64,000 nucleotides of DNA from an uncultured cyanobacterium (GTDB taxonomy: Bacteria > Cyanobacteriota > Cyanobacteriia > Cyanobacteriales > Nostocaceae), in contig CAVUDP010000002.1 in NCBI GenBank assembly GCA_963740315.1, positions 3,136,001-3,200,000 on the forward strand, read 5' to 3'. A program made the translations under genes and the position numbers. This document shows, piece by piece, positions 50,983-62,869 of the stretch. Below the pieces are notes generated by a model that ran no database searches, was not told where the DNA came from, and was given only the letters and a program-made list of their open reading frames with translations. How positions within the stretch are numbered: position 1 is the stretch's first letter; the number at the start of each line of letters is the position of its first letter.

Positions 50983-52872
50983 TTACTGCACCATTTCGTT
51001 CGTTGGGTGAAAGTAATTGTAAATTTCTTGTGCGAGACGCGGACCAATTCCAGAGACTTCGGCGATTTGAGCGGGTGTTGCTAACCGAATGTAATCGATC
51101 GAACGAAAATGAGCTAATAATTGTTGTTGGCGATTGTGTCCCAAGCCGGGAATTTCATCCAAACGCGATCGCCGTAATTTTGCGGTGCGTTGTTGGCGAT
51201 GGAAGGTAACGGCGAAACGGTGGGCTTCGTCGCGCAAGCGTCGCAGTAGTTGGACTCCGGGTTGTTCGGATTCTGTTTTCAGCGGTATGGATTCTCCGGG
51301 TACAAATATTTCTTCCCGTCGTTTGGCAAGACTGACAACTCGCACGTCTTCTAATAAGTTCATTTCTTGTAAAACTGCGACGACGGAAGATAGTTGTCCT
51401 TTTCCACCGTCTATCATTACTAAGTCGGGAAAATCGGGATTACCTATTCTTTGCAATTGCGGATCTTCTATATATTTACGAAAACGTCTGCCGATAACTT
51501 CTGCTAAGGAAGCGAAGTCGTCTGAATGACCGATTTTAATCTCAGGATTTCTAATTTTATAGTGGCGATAGTGCTGCTTTGCTGGTAAACCTTCGATAAA
51601 TACCACTTGCGAAGCTACCGCATTTGAACCCTGAATATGAGAAATATCGTAACCTTCGATGCGATGCGGTAAATCGGGTAAATCTATTATGGCTGCTAAA
51701 TCTTGTAGCGCTTCTTGGTTGCGATCGCCAAGTTTTTGCATTCTTTGCAGTTCGTAGTTGGCGTTTCGTTCTACCATTTCAATTAATTCTGCTTTGAGTT
51801 GGCGCTGGGGATTAAAAATGGTGACTTTTTTTCCTTTACGCTGGCTCAACGCTTCCGCCAAAATTTCTGCATCCGGTAAATCGTGCTGCACCAAAATCTC
51901 TGTAGGGATTTCTACTGAGTCGGCGGTTTGATAGTGTTCTTCTAATACTCGTTGTAAAATAGCTCCAGCTTCGGCTTGTGCGTCGGCTAAAAATGCTAAT
52001 CTTCCAACTAATTGTCCGGCACGAATCTGAAATAATTGAATGCAGGCGTATTTGTCATCTGCGGCTAGAGCTATGGCATCTCTAGAAATCGTATCATCAG
52101 GTAAAGATACTTTTTGGTCGGCATTTAAGGTTTTTAACCCGGCGATTTGATCTCTTACCCGCGCCGCAGTTTCAAAGTTTAATTCTTCGGATGCTTGATG
52201 CATCTGTTGGTTAAGTGTATCAATTAATTCAGAAGTCCGACCTTGGAAAACCATCGCTACTTTTTGGACGATTTTACGGTATTCTTCGGGTGTAACTAAT
52301 TGCTGACAAACACCCGGACATCTTCCTAAATCGTAGTTTAAACAAGGTCTGTCCTTAAATAAAGGTTGCGGTCGTTGTCGTAGGGGGAATATTCGTTTAC
52401 ACAAATGCAATATTCCCCGTAATAAGCGAGAATCGGTATAGGGACCGTAATATTTGTCTTTTTCTTTACCAAGTCTGCGTTTGCGCGTGATAAAAATTCG
52501 CGGATATGTTTCAGACCAAGTTATACAAACGTAAGGATACTTTTTATCATCTTTGAGCAGCACGTTAAAATACGGTTGATGCTGCTTAATCAAGTTTGCT
52601 TCTAACGCTAAAGCTTCCGTCTCGGTATCGGTGACAATAAATTCAATATCCGTCACCTGTCTTACCATCGTAGCGATGCGTTCGGTAAGTTTTTGCGACT
52701 CCCGGAAATAAGAACGAACCCGCGATCGCAATTTTCGCGATTTACCGATGTATACAATGCGATCGGTTGCATCCCGCATCAAATAAACCCCCGGCTCCGG
52801 GGGAATCTCTTTCAAACGGTTTTCCAAACGTTCTGGATTTTTTAGCAGCGATATTTCGGCAGATTTTGTCAC
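50983..52872 (-). CDS. uvrC: Excinuclease ABC subunit C
   Basis: PGVY...[34 protein letters not shown], HhH. Confidence 0.97.
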   Translation of the reverse strand: MTKSAEISLLKNPERLENRLKEIPPEPGVYLMRDATDRIVYIGKSRKLRSRVRSYFRESQKLTERIATMVRQVTDIEFIVTDTETEALALEANLIKQHQPYFNVLLKDDKKYPYVCITWSETYPRIFITRKRRLGKEKDKYYGPYTDSRLLRGILHLCKRIFPLRQRPQPLFKDRPCLNYDLGRCPGVCQQLVTPEEYRKIVQKVAMVFQGRTSELIDTLNQQMHQASEELNFETAARVRDQIAGLKTLNADQKVSLPDDTISRDAIALAADDKYACIQLFQIRAGQLVGRLAFLADAQAEAGAILQRVLEEHYQTADSVEIPTEILVQHDLPDAEILAEALSQRKGKKVTIFNPQRQLKAELIEMVERNANYELQRMQKLGDRNQEALQDLAAIIDLPDLPHRIEGYDISHIQGSNAVASQVVFIEGLPAKQHYRHYKIRNPEIKIGHSDDFASLAEVIGRRFRKYIEDPQLQRIGNPDFPDLVMIDGGKGQLSSVVAVLQEMNLLEDVRVVSLAKRREEIFVPGESIPLKTESEQPGVQLLRRLRDEAHRFAVTFHRQQRTAKLRRSRLDEIPGLGHNRQQQLLAHFRSIDYIRLATPAQIAEVSGIGPRLAQEIYNYFHPTNEMVQ

Positions 52873-53367
52873 AAATCTAAGAAGAAAAATTTAATAAATC
52901 GACCCACCTTTACTATTTTAAGTAAAATCACCCTTGTTGTGCGTTGATTTCTTTTTTTATAGCAATTAGATACAAATGCCTTTGCGATCGTTCCTTCTTA
53001 ATTAACTATAAAATCTTTAAGAACCAAATTCGATTTTTTTGAATTCAAGATTAACTTGAATAACTACACTCGATCTCAAGCGAGACTATAACTCTTTTAA
53101 CCCCAAGCTTCGTAGTTCCTCAATATTTTAGCGCCTTATCATAATCAATTTGTTATAATCGCTCAACTTAAATAAGCAGGATTCCGGATTATTGTAAAAG
53201 CCTTGATAATTAAGAGAATCAACGGATATATAGACTGTAGATAAATGATTATCATTGGTATAAATCGGACTTAATACTCGTGACAAATTCGTGTATAGGT
53301 TGAGATTATTTTTTAATGTTCCTGCGTCATTTTCGATTAACTTAGAAAATATTTGAGGAGAATAAAT

Positions 53368-53547
53368 ATGAATTCGCAAGACTTTGAATCACAGTATCGT
53401 GAAGCAATGAATGAAACACTTAACGAACTGCAATCAGCAATTCTACTGTTAGCACAAGCTCAACGAAAAATCTCTATTATTGGCTCTTCCGTACAAAATC
53501 TGAGTCAAAGCGTAGAAGAATATTTAATTAACCAAAAGTCCGAATAA
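53368..53547 (+). CDS. Small coiled-coil hypothetical protein
   Basis: GAGGAG RBS before ATG at 53368; helical heptad pattern. Confidence 0.6.
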   Translation: MNSQDFESQYREAMNETLNELQSAILLLAQAQRKISIIGSSVQNLSQSVEEYLINQKSE

Positions 53548-53557
53548 AAATTCTACT

Positions 53558-53980
53558 TCATATTTGGCGGCAAAATAACTCTTTTTCAATAGCTTGGGTA
53601 AGCTCGGTGAGAATTACAGGTTTAACAAAATAGCGACGAGCGCCTAAACCAATCGCTCGATCGCAATCCGATTTAAAAGCTAATCCCGAAACTACGATTA
53701 CAGGAATTTTATTTTGCATTTGCTGCATTCTTTCCAAGAGCGAGAAACCGTCAATATCTGGTAATTTTAAATCTAAGACAATTAAATCTGGTTGAAAAAC
53801 CTCTATTGTAGAAAAAAACTTTGAGCCGTCGGGTAAGCCTTTAACTTCGTATCCACAAAAATTTAAACAATCGCTCAGTAGCATCCGATTAGTATCGTTA
53901 TCTTCAACTAGTAAAACTTTTTTCACCTGATGTGACTTGAATTGCTGTTTTACACTTATTAGCTGCACTGTCATTTTCAC
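53558..53980 (-). CDS. Single-domain response regulator (CheY-like)
   Basis: VLLVEDN, LDLKLPDIDG, VSG, KP. Confidence 0.9.
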   Translation of the reverse strand: MKMTVQLISVKQQFKSHQVKKVLLVEDNDTNRMLLSDCLNFCGYEVKGLPDGSKFFSTIEVFQPDLIVLDLKLPDIDGFSLLERMQQMQNKIPVIVVSGLAFKSDCDRAIGLGARRYFVKPVILTELTQAIEKELFCRQI

Positions 53981-54565
53981 CTATTATCTTAAGTCGTAAG
54001 TCAATTATTCTTAGTCAGACTTATCAAAGATACAAATTTGAAAAAAGTAAGCTAGCTGAGATTATCCATCAATAAAATTTAGTGTTACTATTATTAATGC
54101 TTATAAATACTATCTTAAAATACAAATTTAAGGCAAAGTTAAACTATTCTTTAACCTTCCTTAAGTTTTAATGATAAATTTAACCTTTTCTTTAGACAAA
54201 CTCAGTCAGGCATTGAAAATTACCGTAGTGCCGTTTTGGTAGCTTGTCCGTTAGAATATGCATCTTGCTAGAAGTACCGATCGCCTGTATAATCTCAAAC
54301 TATCCCTGAGCAAATATACTTTAAACTAACAACTTGTACCATTTTCAACAAGCCAAAAGAAACCGGGATATTTTCGTAAAAGTTTTTCTAGATTAGTTGT
54401 TCGCGCATATTCCCGATTTATCATTTAGGTACAAGATATGACTAAAACACAGTTTAGATATATTTAGATATATACAGTTATTGGTTAAAGCTTTCATAGA
54501 TTGTATCTGAAGTGCGATCGAAAATTTAACTAGTTTTCAATCATATTTTGATAATAGTGGCTAAC

Positions 54566-55123
54566 TTATGCTAATGATTTCTGGATATTTTTTGCTGCCT
54601 TACGCTTTGCAGCAAACAAGCCGAGTGCAATTAATCCTAACAGCGCTGAAGGTTCTGGAACCTTTTTTTTCTGAGAAGCTTTTGATTGCCAAACATTAGT
54701 ATAAGTCTCTAAAGCTAATTGCTGTTTGCTTTGTGATGGAGTAAATTCAACATCATATATAATATATTCAACTCCATCGGGCGAAGTTATGACTTTAACG
54801 GCTTCAGCAGTTTCAATTGATTTTAGAATGCCTTTAGCTTTTTTTAACAAGGGATTATTTAATATCTTTGGATTATTGTTTTCGCTGAATTCACCGTACA
54901 AATCAAAATTGGGGAAGGATATGCAATTCGCTTCATTGCATTTCGGTGTCTTTACCAAAATATCTTTACTATCGGATGATGCTTGATTTTGTGGATTTTG
55001 GTTTAAATCATCATTACTGTTAATATTTGTAGTCAAACTTGCTTGTGCCGGGGCTGTAGCGCTGGCGCTAATTATCGTACCAAATAAAGCGTAATTACTA
55101 ATTTTTTTTATAGTTATTGTCAT
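54566..55123 (-). CDS. PEP-CTERM sorting-domain protein
   Basis: Signal peptide AQA; VPEPSALLGLIALGLFAAKRK. Confidence 0.88.
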   Translation of the reverse strand: MTITIKKISNYALFGTIISASATAPAQASLTTNINSNDDLNQNPQNQASSDSKDILVKTPKCNEANCISFPNFDLYGEFSENNNPKILNNPLLKKAKGILKSIETAEAVKVITSPDGVEYIIYDVEFTPSQSKQQLALETYTNVWQSKASQKKKVPEPSALLGLIALGLFAAKRKAAKNIQKSLA

Positions 55124-55304
55124 GGACGCAATTGTTCTTTAAAAACTAAAAAAACATTTTTTGAGTGCAATTAAATTACTGTATATACCCAAAATGTCAA
55201 AAAAAAAGATGCACAAAATAAGTAATGCCAGGTTAATTTTAACCCGGTACTACTGTAAATGCCGATACAAATTAGTTAATTTTGTATCAATCTTAAATAA
55301 AGAT

Positions 55305-56480
55305 TTAATGAACCGACCGTAAAAACTGGGATATTTTATCTACAGCAGTTTCTAATATAGGTGGTTCGCGAACCAAAGCAAAGCGCACGTAGCCTTCTCC
55401 CGATTTACCAAAACCAGCACCAGGGGAAACTGCAACTCCCGTATTTTCAACTAACTGCGTGCAAAATCGAATAGAATCTTTACTCCAAGGTTCCGGTAAC
55501 TTTGCCCAAACATACATTGTGGCTTTAGGCACGGGTACTTCCCATCCGATACGGTGTAAAGCATCAACAAAAGCATCGCGGCGTTTTCGGAAGCTATCTA
55601 CATTTGTCTTCACCTCCAATTGCGATCCACTTAAAGCGGCGATCGCACCATTCAAAATTCCCCGATACTGATTAAAATCAACTACTGCTTTGACTCGACG
55701 TAACGCTCCAATCAACTCGCGATTACCGATCGCAAAGCCGACGCGAAAACCACCCATATTGTAGGATTTAGACAAAGTAAAAAACTCAATGGAGATACTT
55801 TTTTCTAAATCGGCTTGCAAAATTGAAGGAGCTTCGTCTTCTGTAAAAACCAAATCTACATAGGGAAAATCGTGAACCAGAACAATATCGTGCTGCCGAC
55901 AAAAAGAAACAGCTTTTTTAAAGAAAGATAGCGGTGCGGTAGCAGCAGTAGGATTGTGGGGATAACTCAATACCATCATTCGCGACTGTGCTAATACCGA
56001 CGGGGGAATTTCCTCAAACACGGGTAAAAAATCGTTTTCCGATCGCAAAGGCATAGGATAAATTTGACCAGAAGCTAAGTAAATTCCCCCGGCGTGAGAA
56101 GGATAGCCAGGATCGAGTAGTAAAGCAAAATCCCCTGGATTTAAAATCGCTAAAGGTAAATGTGCCGTCCCCTCTTGAGAACCAATTAGGGGTAGCACTT
56201 CGGTTTGGGGGTCTACCGAGATTTTAAATCGCTGCTCGTACCACTCTGCTGCTGCTCTCCTAAACCCTTGAGTTCCATGAAACAATAAGTAACCATGAGT
56301 ACTCGTATCTGACAAAGAATTAGCGATCGCTTCAATCACATGACTCGATGCCGGTAAATCGGAAGATCCCAAAGACAAATCAATTAACTGGCGATCGTTA
56401 GCCAAAGCTTTAGCCTTAGCAATATCCATATCTGCAAACACATTAGATTGCAGGGGTTGTAAACGAGAGGCAAATTGCAT
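55305..56480 (-). CDS. Class I/II PLP aminotransferase (LL-diaminopimelate aminotransferase-like)
   Basis: YPHNPT, DFPY, TLSKSYNMGGFRVG, GEGYVRFAL. Confidence 0.88.
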   Translation of the reverse strand: MQFASRLQPLQSNVFADMDIAKAKALANDRQLIDLSLGSSDLPASSHVIEAIANSLSDTSTHGYLLFHGTQGFRRAAAEWYEQRFKISVDPQTEVLPLIGSQEGTAHLPLAILNPGDFALLLDPGYPSHAGGIYLASGQIYPMPLRSENDFLPVFEEIPPSVLAQSRMMVLSYPHNPTAATAPLSFFKKAVSFCRQHDIVLVHDFPYVDLVFTEDEAPSILQADLEKSISIEFFTLSKSYNMGGFRVGFAIGNRELIGALRRVKAVVDFNQYRGILNGAIAALSGSQLEVKTNVDSFRKRRDAFVDALHRIGWEVPVPKATMYVWAKLPEPWSKDSIRFCTQLVENTGVAVSPGAGFGKSGEGYVRFALVREPPILETAVDKISQFLRSVH

Positions 56481-56565
56481 TTTTAAGGTTAGTTGTTGCG
56501 TTGGTTAGTTATGATTAATTTTCTAAACTACCATTTACTAACCACTATCTACCAACTACTATCTA

Positions 56566-56898
56566 CTAACCACTTAAATGGTTATCTAATAAATTCATCA
56601 ATTTATCTTTATTAACAACTCCCTCACTGGAAGCTAATACTTTATCTCCTTGAACAAGTCGCAAAGCAGGTACGCCTTCCACCTGATATTGCTTAACAGT
56701 AAGTGGATTAGGATCGACTTCCATTTTGACAACCTTAAGCTTGTCACTGTACTTCTGGGCAGCGGCGCTAATCGCTGGGGACATCAACTTACAAGGTCCG
56801 CACCAAGAAGCCCAAAAGTAAACTAATACTGGCTTTTCGGCTTGCAATACTTCCTTCTCAAAATCAGCATCATTGATATTGTTTACACCCTCGCTCAT
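56566..56898 (-). CDS. Thioredoxin (x-type, Synechocystis TrxB-like)
   Basis: VYFWASWCGPC, EVDPNP, VEGVPALRL; true start MSEGV at 56898. Confidence 0.9.
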   Translation of the reverse strand: MSEGVNNINDADFEKEVLQAEKPVLVYFWASWCGPCKLMSPAISAAAQKYSDKLKVVKMEVDPNPLTVKQYQVEGVPALRLVQGDKVLASSEGVVNKDKLMNLLDNHLSG

Positions 56899-56987
56899 TT
56901 TAATCTCCACGTAATAGCATCTTTTTATCGTTACACAAATTAAATGTATCCCAATTTGTTGTCTTGAAACTAGTAGCTGTAGGAAGA

Positions 56988-57062
56988 GGATGGGGGGATG
57001 GGGGGATGGGGAGATGGGGAGATGGGGAGATGGGGGGATGGGGAGACAAGGGGACAAGGGGA
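56988..57062. repeat. STRR array (GGGGAGAT/GGGGACAA)
   Basis: Direct observation. Confidence 0.8.
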
Positions 57063-57170
57063 ATTGTAACCTTTGACCTTTGACCTGTTCCCATCCCCAT
57101 TAAATCGAAAAATCCCACAACCAATACGATCGTGGGATAATTTCAAATAAATGATTTTAAGTATAACCAA

Positions 57171-57956
57171 TTACATCTGGTCTAATTCTTTGCGTAGGGA
57201 CTCTAATTCAGAATCCACGGGTTCGCTTTTTTTCTGCTGCGCTTGGCTGGAGTCGGTTTGCTGTGGTAGCTGAGGTTGGCTTGTTGGTTCGCTTCCGGGT
57301 AGAGTCATTTGTGCTTTTAAGGCAGCTAATTCATCATCTACTCCGCTACCTGCTTCTAACTGTGCAAATTGACTTTCTAAGTCGGCTCCAGCTAATTCAC
57401 CTGCCGATTGAGCGCGTGCTTCTTGAATCATGACTTTTTCTTCCATGCGCTCGAATGCAGCCATTGCACTGCTGCTATTCATACCGCTAACCATTCCTTC
57501 AAGCTGCTCTTGGGCTTTGGCTGCGGTAATCCTGGCTTTGAGCATTTCTTTCTTGGTTTTCGCTTCAGAAATTTTGCTCTCTAACTGGATTAAGCTACGC
57601 TTGAGATTATCAACTTGAACGGTTTGCTGGTCTAAACTTGTTTTAAGAGTATTTGCAGACTCACCAAAAGATTTTTTACGTTCTAAGGCTTGACGAGCTA
57701 AATTTTCATCGCCTTTTTGCAGCGCTAACATGGCATTACGCTGCCATTTATTATTTTCATTATTTGCATCGTTATATTGCTTCTCAGTACGTTTTTGAGC
57801 AGCAATAGCTTGAGCAACACCTTGACGCAAGCGAACTAAGTCTTCTTGCATCTCGATAATGGCTTGTTCGAGTATTTTTTCTGGATCTTCGGCTTTACTC
57901 ACCAAGTCGTTGAGGTTAGCGCCTACTACTCGTTTTACGCGGTCAAATAATCCCAT
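57171..57956 (-). CDS. vipp1: Vesicle-inducing protein in plastids 1 (IM30)
   Basis: MGLFDRVKRVV...AEDPEKIL, AFERMEEKV, extra C-terminal helix VDSELESLRKELD. Confidence 0.9.
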   Translation of the reverse strand: MGLFDRVKRVVGANLNDLVSKAEDPEKILEQAIIEMQEDLVRLRQGVAQAIAAQKRTEKQYNDANNENNKWQRNAMLALQKGDENLARQALERKKSFGESANTLKTSLDQQTVQVDNLKRSLIQLESKISEAKTKKEMLKARITAAKAQEQLEGMVSGMNSSSAMAAFERMEEKVMIQEARAQSAGELAGADLESQFAQLEAGSGVDDELAALKAQMTLPGSEPTSQPQLPQQTDSSQAQQKKSEPVDSELESLRKELDQM

Positions 57957-58119
57957 AATTTTTTCCTCTTGAGATTTACGCTCTTGTGATAAAAAGTTAG
58001 TTTTACTACTTCTATATTTACCTATTTCAATCTAAACTTAATCTTCTCAAATAGTCTTGCTCATAACCCCTAATTCTTAGAAGAAATGTTACAGTTTCGA
58101 CCTATAGAATTAAATCGGA

Positions 58120-58809
58120 CTATTCAGGAAGCTGTTGGTTTTTTTGCGTACTACCCGGAAATTGTGCTTTCATTGCCGAAAGTTCGGCATCTACATCATC
58201 ACCTTCTGCCAAGCTCGCAAATTGATTTTCTAATTCGTCTGTACCAGATACGGCGATCGCTTCTTGTTTCGCTTCTAATTCTAAAAGTTTGTCTTCCATT
58301 TTCTCAAAAGCCGAAAGCGAGCTGGTATTGCCAGTTTCACCAAGCATTTCTTGAATTCGCACAGAAGCTTCAGCAGAACGAGCGCGAGCAATAAACATAT
58401 CTTTCTTGGTTTTAGCCTCAGAGATTTTGAACTCTAAAGACTGCATATCTGTTTTAAGTTTAGCTACTAAAGTTTTTTGTTGCCCAATTTGTTCTAAAAG
58501 CGCAGTTGCACTTTGTTGGTAGGCTTTACGTTTGGTAAGGGCTTCTCGCGCTAAAGCCTCATTACCTTGTTGCAAAGCCATTTGAGCGCGACGATACCAT
58601 TCCGAAGCTGTAGATTCAGCTTGAGCCGCTTGTCGTTCGGTGCGTTTTTGAGTGGCGATCGCTTGTGCTACTCCTTGTCGCATCCGCACCAAATTTTCCT
58701 GCATCTCATAAACGGTTTGTTCGAGAATTTTCTCTGGATCTTCTCGTGCAGCCGTCCAACTATTCACATTTGAACGAAATAAGCGCCCGATACGCTCCAT
58801 CAGCCCCAT
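58120..58809 (-). CDS. pspA: PspA/IM30 family protein lacking the Vipp1 C-terminal extension
   Basis: EDPEKILEQ, AFEKMEDK; tandem with vipp1. Confidence 0.82.
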   Translation of the reverse strand: MGLMERIGRLFRSNVNSWTAAREDPEKILEQTVYEMQENLVRMRQGVAQAIATQKRTERQAAQAESTASEWYRRAQMALQQGNEALAREALTKRKAYQQSATALLEQIGQQKTLVAKLKTDMQSLEFKISEAKTKKDMFIARARSAEASVRIQEMLGETGNTSSLSAFEKMEDKLLELEAKQEAIAVSGTDELENQFASLAEGDDVDAELSAMKAQFPGSTQKNQQLPE

Positions 58810-58981
58810 AAGTTAAGCCTCCATTTTTTCAGTTAGCAGTTAGCAGTTAGCAGTTACCAGCGAATCTGCTGTAATTACGGCGTATGGTATTTTGTTAGCG
58901 CCCATCAACCAATCTCTTCCACGTTTTAAGTGAGGGAATTAAACCGCTTGAACGCGCTAATAACTGTTAACTGTTCACTGT

Positions 58982-60367
58982 TTAATTGTCTGGTTCTTCT
59001 ACTCTTGCCGTAATTCCATTTTCTTTGAGAAGTTCTAAATGTTTTCTTAATCTGTCTTTGGATTTGAAAGCACCTAAATAAACATATTTACCTTCGGGTG
59101 ATAAATATGCATCTGGAATTACTTTTTTTACCTCGGTTAAGGTGTCACCTGTATTATCTACGATGACATTATAAAATCCACCATTCGATGGTTCTAATTC
59201 GTCCAGGTTTTGAGGAGTAGATGCTGCTTGAGTGGGAACAGGGGTAGCATTCGTCGCTGGGGCTGTTGGCGGTACTTCTACTGCGGTTGCAGGTACTGCT
59301 GGGGCTGGATTTGTAGCTTGAGCAGGTGGTTTTGCTGCGATCGTCGGCTTGGTTTTGGGTGTTGCCCCTGCGACATCATCAATATTTTTTATAACAGGAA
59401 GCGCATCAGTTGCAAGATTGGGATTTTTAGTTATGGGCGTTAATTTTTGTTCGCCTGACTTTACATCACTTACATTCTCAGTATTTTTACTTGTGGCAAC
59501 TTCTCGATCGCGCTTAAATAATCCGGCGAAAGTCAATGAAGGTAGGTTATCCAAGTTAAAGATTATATAGCCAAAAGTAATGCTTGAAACTAAAAGCAAC
59601 AGCATTGAGCCAATACTTAAAGGCGATAGCAGACTGTCATTGTTATTTTTTGGCTTCTTAGTAGTTTGGGGTTGTTCTTCTTGTAAGCTTCGCAGTAAAG
59701 CTTCAGAAGATTCTAAATAGTCGTCTGGCTGCTTAGTAGTGTCATTTTTAGGTGCGGATATATTTTCTTGTGTATCTTGGGTATTTCGATTTATGTCCGC
59801 TTTAACAATACTGCTTTGATTTGATGGCGGCGGATTTTGAGCTTTACTTCTCACCTTCGTCGTTTCAGGAAATGGTACTGCTTGCTCCCCTGGAGAAGAA
59901 ATTTCGATCGCGGGTTCAGAATTCGTCGTTTCAGGAAATGGTACTGCTTGCTCCCCTGGAGAAGAAATCGCGATCGTGGGTTCAGAATTTGTCTCTTGGT
60001 TGAAAGCCACTCCTGGGGCAGTAGGTATGGGAGGAGGCGGGGGCGGCGTTTTAATTGGACTTTGCGTCGTATTTATATTTGCTTGCTGTTGTCTTATATA
60101 AGCCGCAGCTTGTTCACCTGTTATTTGCTGCGAATAACTTTTCGTCTTCGCAACAGTTACAGCGCTTTGGGCTTGTGGTTTGCCAGCTATCAAACTACCA
60201 AGACTCTTTTGAATTGGTGTTCTATGTGAAATTCGCGTTCGACGATATCGCGCCAACTCTTCATCAAGCTGTACTTCTAAACTTGCTAGCGCCGAGCTTA
60301 TTGCCGGTTTTAGATTTGATGATTTAGATGTTTGATTACCAGAATAATATAGGGGGTTTTCGCTCAT
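58982..60367 (-). CDS. Conserved cyanobacterial bitopic membrane protein with SPOR-like C-terminal domain
   Basis: LEVQLDEELARYRR, PDDYLESSEALLRSL, TM helix, PDAY...LGAF...L...GI. Confidence 0.7.
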   Translation of the reverse strand: MSENPLYYSGNQTSKSSNLKPAISSALASLEVQLDEELARYRRTRISHRTPIQKSLGSLIAGKPQAQSAVTVAKTKSYSQQITGEQAAAYIRQQQANINTTQSPIKTPPPPPPIPTAPGVAFNQETNSEPTIAISSPGEQAVPFPETTNSEPAIEISSPGEQAVPFPETTKVRSKAQNPPPSNQSSIVKADINRNTQDTQENISAPKNDTTKQPDDYLESSEALLRSLQEEQPQTTKKPKNNNDSLLSPLSIGSMLLLLVSSITFGYIIFNLDNLPSLTFAGLFKRDREVATSKNTENVSDVKSGEQKLTPITKNPNLATDALPVIKNIDDVAGATPKTKPTIAAKPPAQATNPAPAVPATAVEVPPTAPATNATPVPTQAASTPQNLDELEPSNGGFYNVIVDNTGDTLTEVKKVIPDAYLSPEGKYVYLGAFKSKDRLRKHLELLKENGITARVEEPDN

Positions 60368-60501
60368 TGCCCATTTGCCTCCGTACCAACTGCCAGATTA
60401 TCCACCGTGTAAAACAGATACCCTTGTGCTAATCCTAGCGAAAATTATCATAGAAATATGATTTTACCTGGATGTAATTCTTCCAATCACCTTTATTCAA
60501 G

Positions 60502-61044
60502 ATGTCTTTTGAATCAATTCCAGAGATTTTAGACCAACTGCAAATTGAAGCTTTATACCAACAACAGCCTTTACAACGCCTACTTGATTGTTGGCAAGAA
60601 GTTGTGGGAAAAGTCATTGCCACTCATACCCAGCCAATATCGATTGAACGGGACGTTTTGTGGGTAGCAACCTCTGGCGCTGCTTGGGCACAAAACCTAA
60701 CTTTTGAGCGCCAAACTCTGCTAAAAAAGTTAAATAAAATATTACCAACTCCTTTAGTAGATATACGCTTTTCTACCGCTCGTTGGCAGCGTACCAAAAA
60801 AAAACCATTTCGGCAACAAAATATTTCCTCTTCGGAGCATCCGAGTTACTTAGGAAACTTCGATCGACAGGCTAATCTTCACTCATTACCCAAAAATCCT
60901 GATGCCGCTTTTGCTAATTGGGCTAAAACAATAAAAACGCGATTTTCAGATTTACCCCTTTGTCCTAGCTGTCAATCTCCCACTCCGGAGGGAGAGTTGG
61001 AACGTTGGGGGGTTTGTTCGATTTGTGCTGCTAGGTCTTTTTAA
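60502..61044 (+). CDS. DUF721/DciA family protein with Zn ribbon
   Basis: WQEVVG..IA.HT.P, L.VAT...AWAQNL, CPSC...CSIC. Confidence 0.85.
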   Translation: MSFESIPEILDQLQIEALYQQQPLQRLLDCWQEVVGKVIATHTQPISIERDVLWVATSGAAWAQNLTFERQTLLKKLNKILPTPLVDIRFSTARWQRTKKKPFRQQNISSSEHPSYLGNFDRQANLHSLPKNPDAAFANWAKTIKTRFSDLPLCPSCQSPTPEGELERWGVCSICAARSF

Positions 61045-61416
61045 GTTGGGCATTGCAAATAAAGCATTGTTTATTGATAGTTATTCATTGATAATTGTCG
61101 CCTCACACTCAATTAATTAGTCTAGCGGACTACTCCTTAAAGCTGAATGTATCTATGCTCCTATGTGTAAAGCAGGCTAATTAATCGCGATCCCTAATTG
61201 GTTTACGCATAAAAGTCTAGATACTTTTTAATAAGTTTGTTTCTTTTTCGTTACATTAAAATTTAAAAATATAACACAAACATAAAAAGATTATAAAGTT
61301 AATTTTCCATTGGGATCGTGAAAACTCAGCTAGAACAACGGCTTGATGGCTTTATTCAGTATTTGTATCTAGGAGCAGAATAGAAGATGTAGATCGGTCA
61401 ATATAAGGCATTCAAA

Positions 61417-61710
61417 ATGAAAAGCATCCAAATCTTCACTTCAACTTGCCGAAATTGTCGTCACTTCTCGCCAGAAGGTAGGCGCGGAGGTGCTTGTCAG
61501 CAACTAGGAGCGCCAGTACGTGGAAGTTGGAAAGCCTGTTCTTTAGCAGCCTCTCCCTTTGCTCCCTCATGGGAAACCTTGGAAGATGCTTGGAGTTTAC
61601 CCGATGCAACTCCGTTATTAGCTGAGAGTTCTGAATTACTAATCAATAGTGCAGAGTCTAATATTGAACAAGTATCCACTCCCGTTAAAGCCGAAGCTTT
61701 ACTAACTTAA
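61417..61710 (+). CDS. Small Cys-rich conserved hypothetical protein
   Basis: CRNCRHF.PEGRRGG.CQQL...WKAC. Confidence 0.7.
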   Translation: MKSIQIFTSTCRNCRHFSPEGRRGGACQQLGAPVRGSWKACSLAASPFAPSWETLEDAWSLPDATPLLAESSELLINSAESNIEQVSTPVKAEALLT

Positions 61711-62035
61711 ATTGTTAAGTGAGGAGCAATTCCCAAGTGATTGTCCAAACTCAAACGGTTAAATTTCAAGTTAAAAAATGCAGAGTAATAATGTGAAGAA
61801 AATTTAACCGTTCTATATTAGTGATGAATCGGTCTAATCTATATAAATCTAGTGAGTGAATTAAATTTCATATCCTATAAAGTATATTTATAAAATTTAA
61901 GTTGTTAGTGTTTTTATCGCCCTTGCACCTAACAAAAATTGCACCCGTGCTTCTTCAGGTGCAATTTTTCTGTTTATTTTTGAATTTTCGCTTTATAAAC
62001 TTTCTACAATTCAAAATCCAAAATTCAAAATTTAG

Positions 62036-62869
62036 CTAAGGTAGCCAAGGATATTGACGGAAATCTGGCTTACGCTTTTCTAAAAATGCCTGCTTCCCTT
62101 CTGCTCCTTCTTCTGTCATGTAATAAAGTAAAGTGGCGTTTCCAGCAAGTTCTTGTAAACCAGCTTGCCCGTCACAGTCAGCATTAAACGCAGCTTTTAA
62201 ACAGCGAATTGCGATCGGGCTTTTTTCTAAAATTTCTTGCGCCCATTGAATTCCTTCAGCTTCTAGTTCTTCTATAGGTACCACCGTATTTACTAACCCC
62301 ATTTCTAAAGCTTGTTGGGCACTGTATTGACGACACAAAAACCAGATTTCGCGAGCTTTTTTTTGTCCGACAATGCGTGCTAAATAACTCGCACCAAAAC
62401 CACCGTCGAAACTGCCAACTTTTGGTCCGGTTTGTCCGAATACAGCATTATCTGCGGCAATTGTCAAGTCGCAAATTAAATGTAAAACGTGTCCGCCACC
62501 GATCGCATAACCTGCAACCAAAGCAATTATCACTTTGGGCATCGAACGAATCAATCGCTGTAAATCTAATACATTTAAACGGGGAACCCCATCATCATCT
62601 ATATACCCTGCTTTCCCCCGCACGCTTTGATCGCCACCCGAACAGAACGCATATTTACCATCAGTATGGGGACCGGCACCAGTAAATAAAACTACGCCAA
62701 TACTAGAATCTTCGCGGGCATCGCAAAAAGCTTGATAAAGTTCAAAAACGGTTTTAGGGCGGAAAGCATTGCGTTTGTGGGGACGGTTGATGGTGATTTT
62801 CGCAATGCCATCGGCTTTATGGTAAAAAATATCTTCGTAGGTTTTGGCGGTTTGCCAGTTGATTTGCAT
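62036..62869 (-). CDS. menB: 1,4-dihydroxy-2-naphthoyl-CoA synthase
   Basis: [28 protein letters not shown]. Confidence 0.97.
   Translation of the reverse strand: MQINWQTAKTYEDIFYHKADGIAKITINRPHKRNAFRPKTVFELYQAFCDAREDSSIGVVLFTGAGPHTDGKYAFCSGGDQSVRGKAGYIDDDGVPRLNVLDLQRLIRSMPKVIIALVAGYAIGGGHVLHLICDLTIAADNAVFGQTGPKVGSFDGGFGASYLARIVGQKKAREIWFLCRQYSAQQALEMGLVNTVVPIEELEAEGIQWAQEILEKSPIAIRCLKAAFNADCDGQAGLQELAGNATLLYYMTEEGAEGKQAFLEKRKPDFRQYPWLP

Noticed and set aside
56899..57170. N-terminal extension of thioredoxin and overlapping small ORFs
   Set aside because: Derived from a GGGGAGAT array; thioredoxin homology starts at MSEGV
57171..58809. Tandem pspA/vipp1 as a novelty
   Set aside because: Known arrangement in many cyanobacteria
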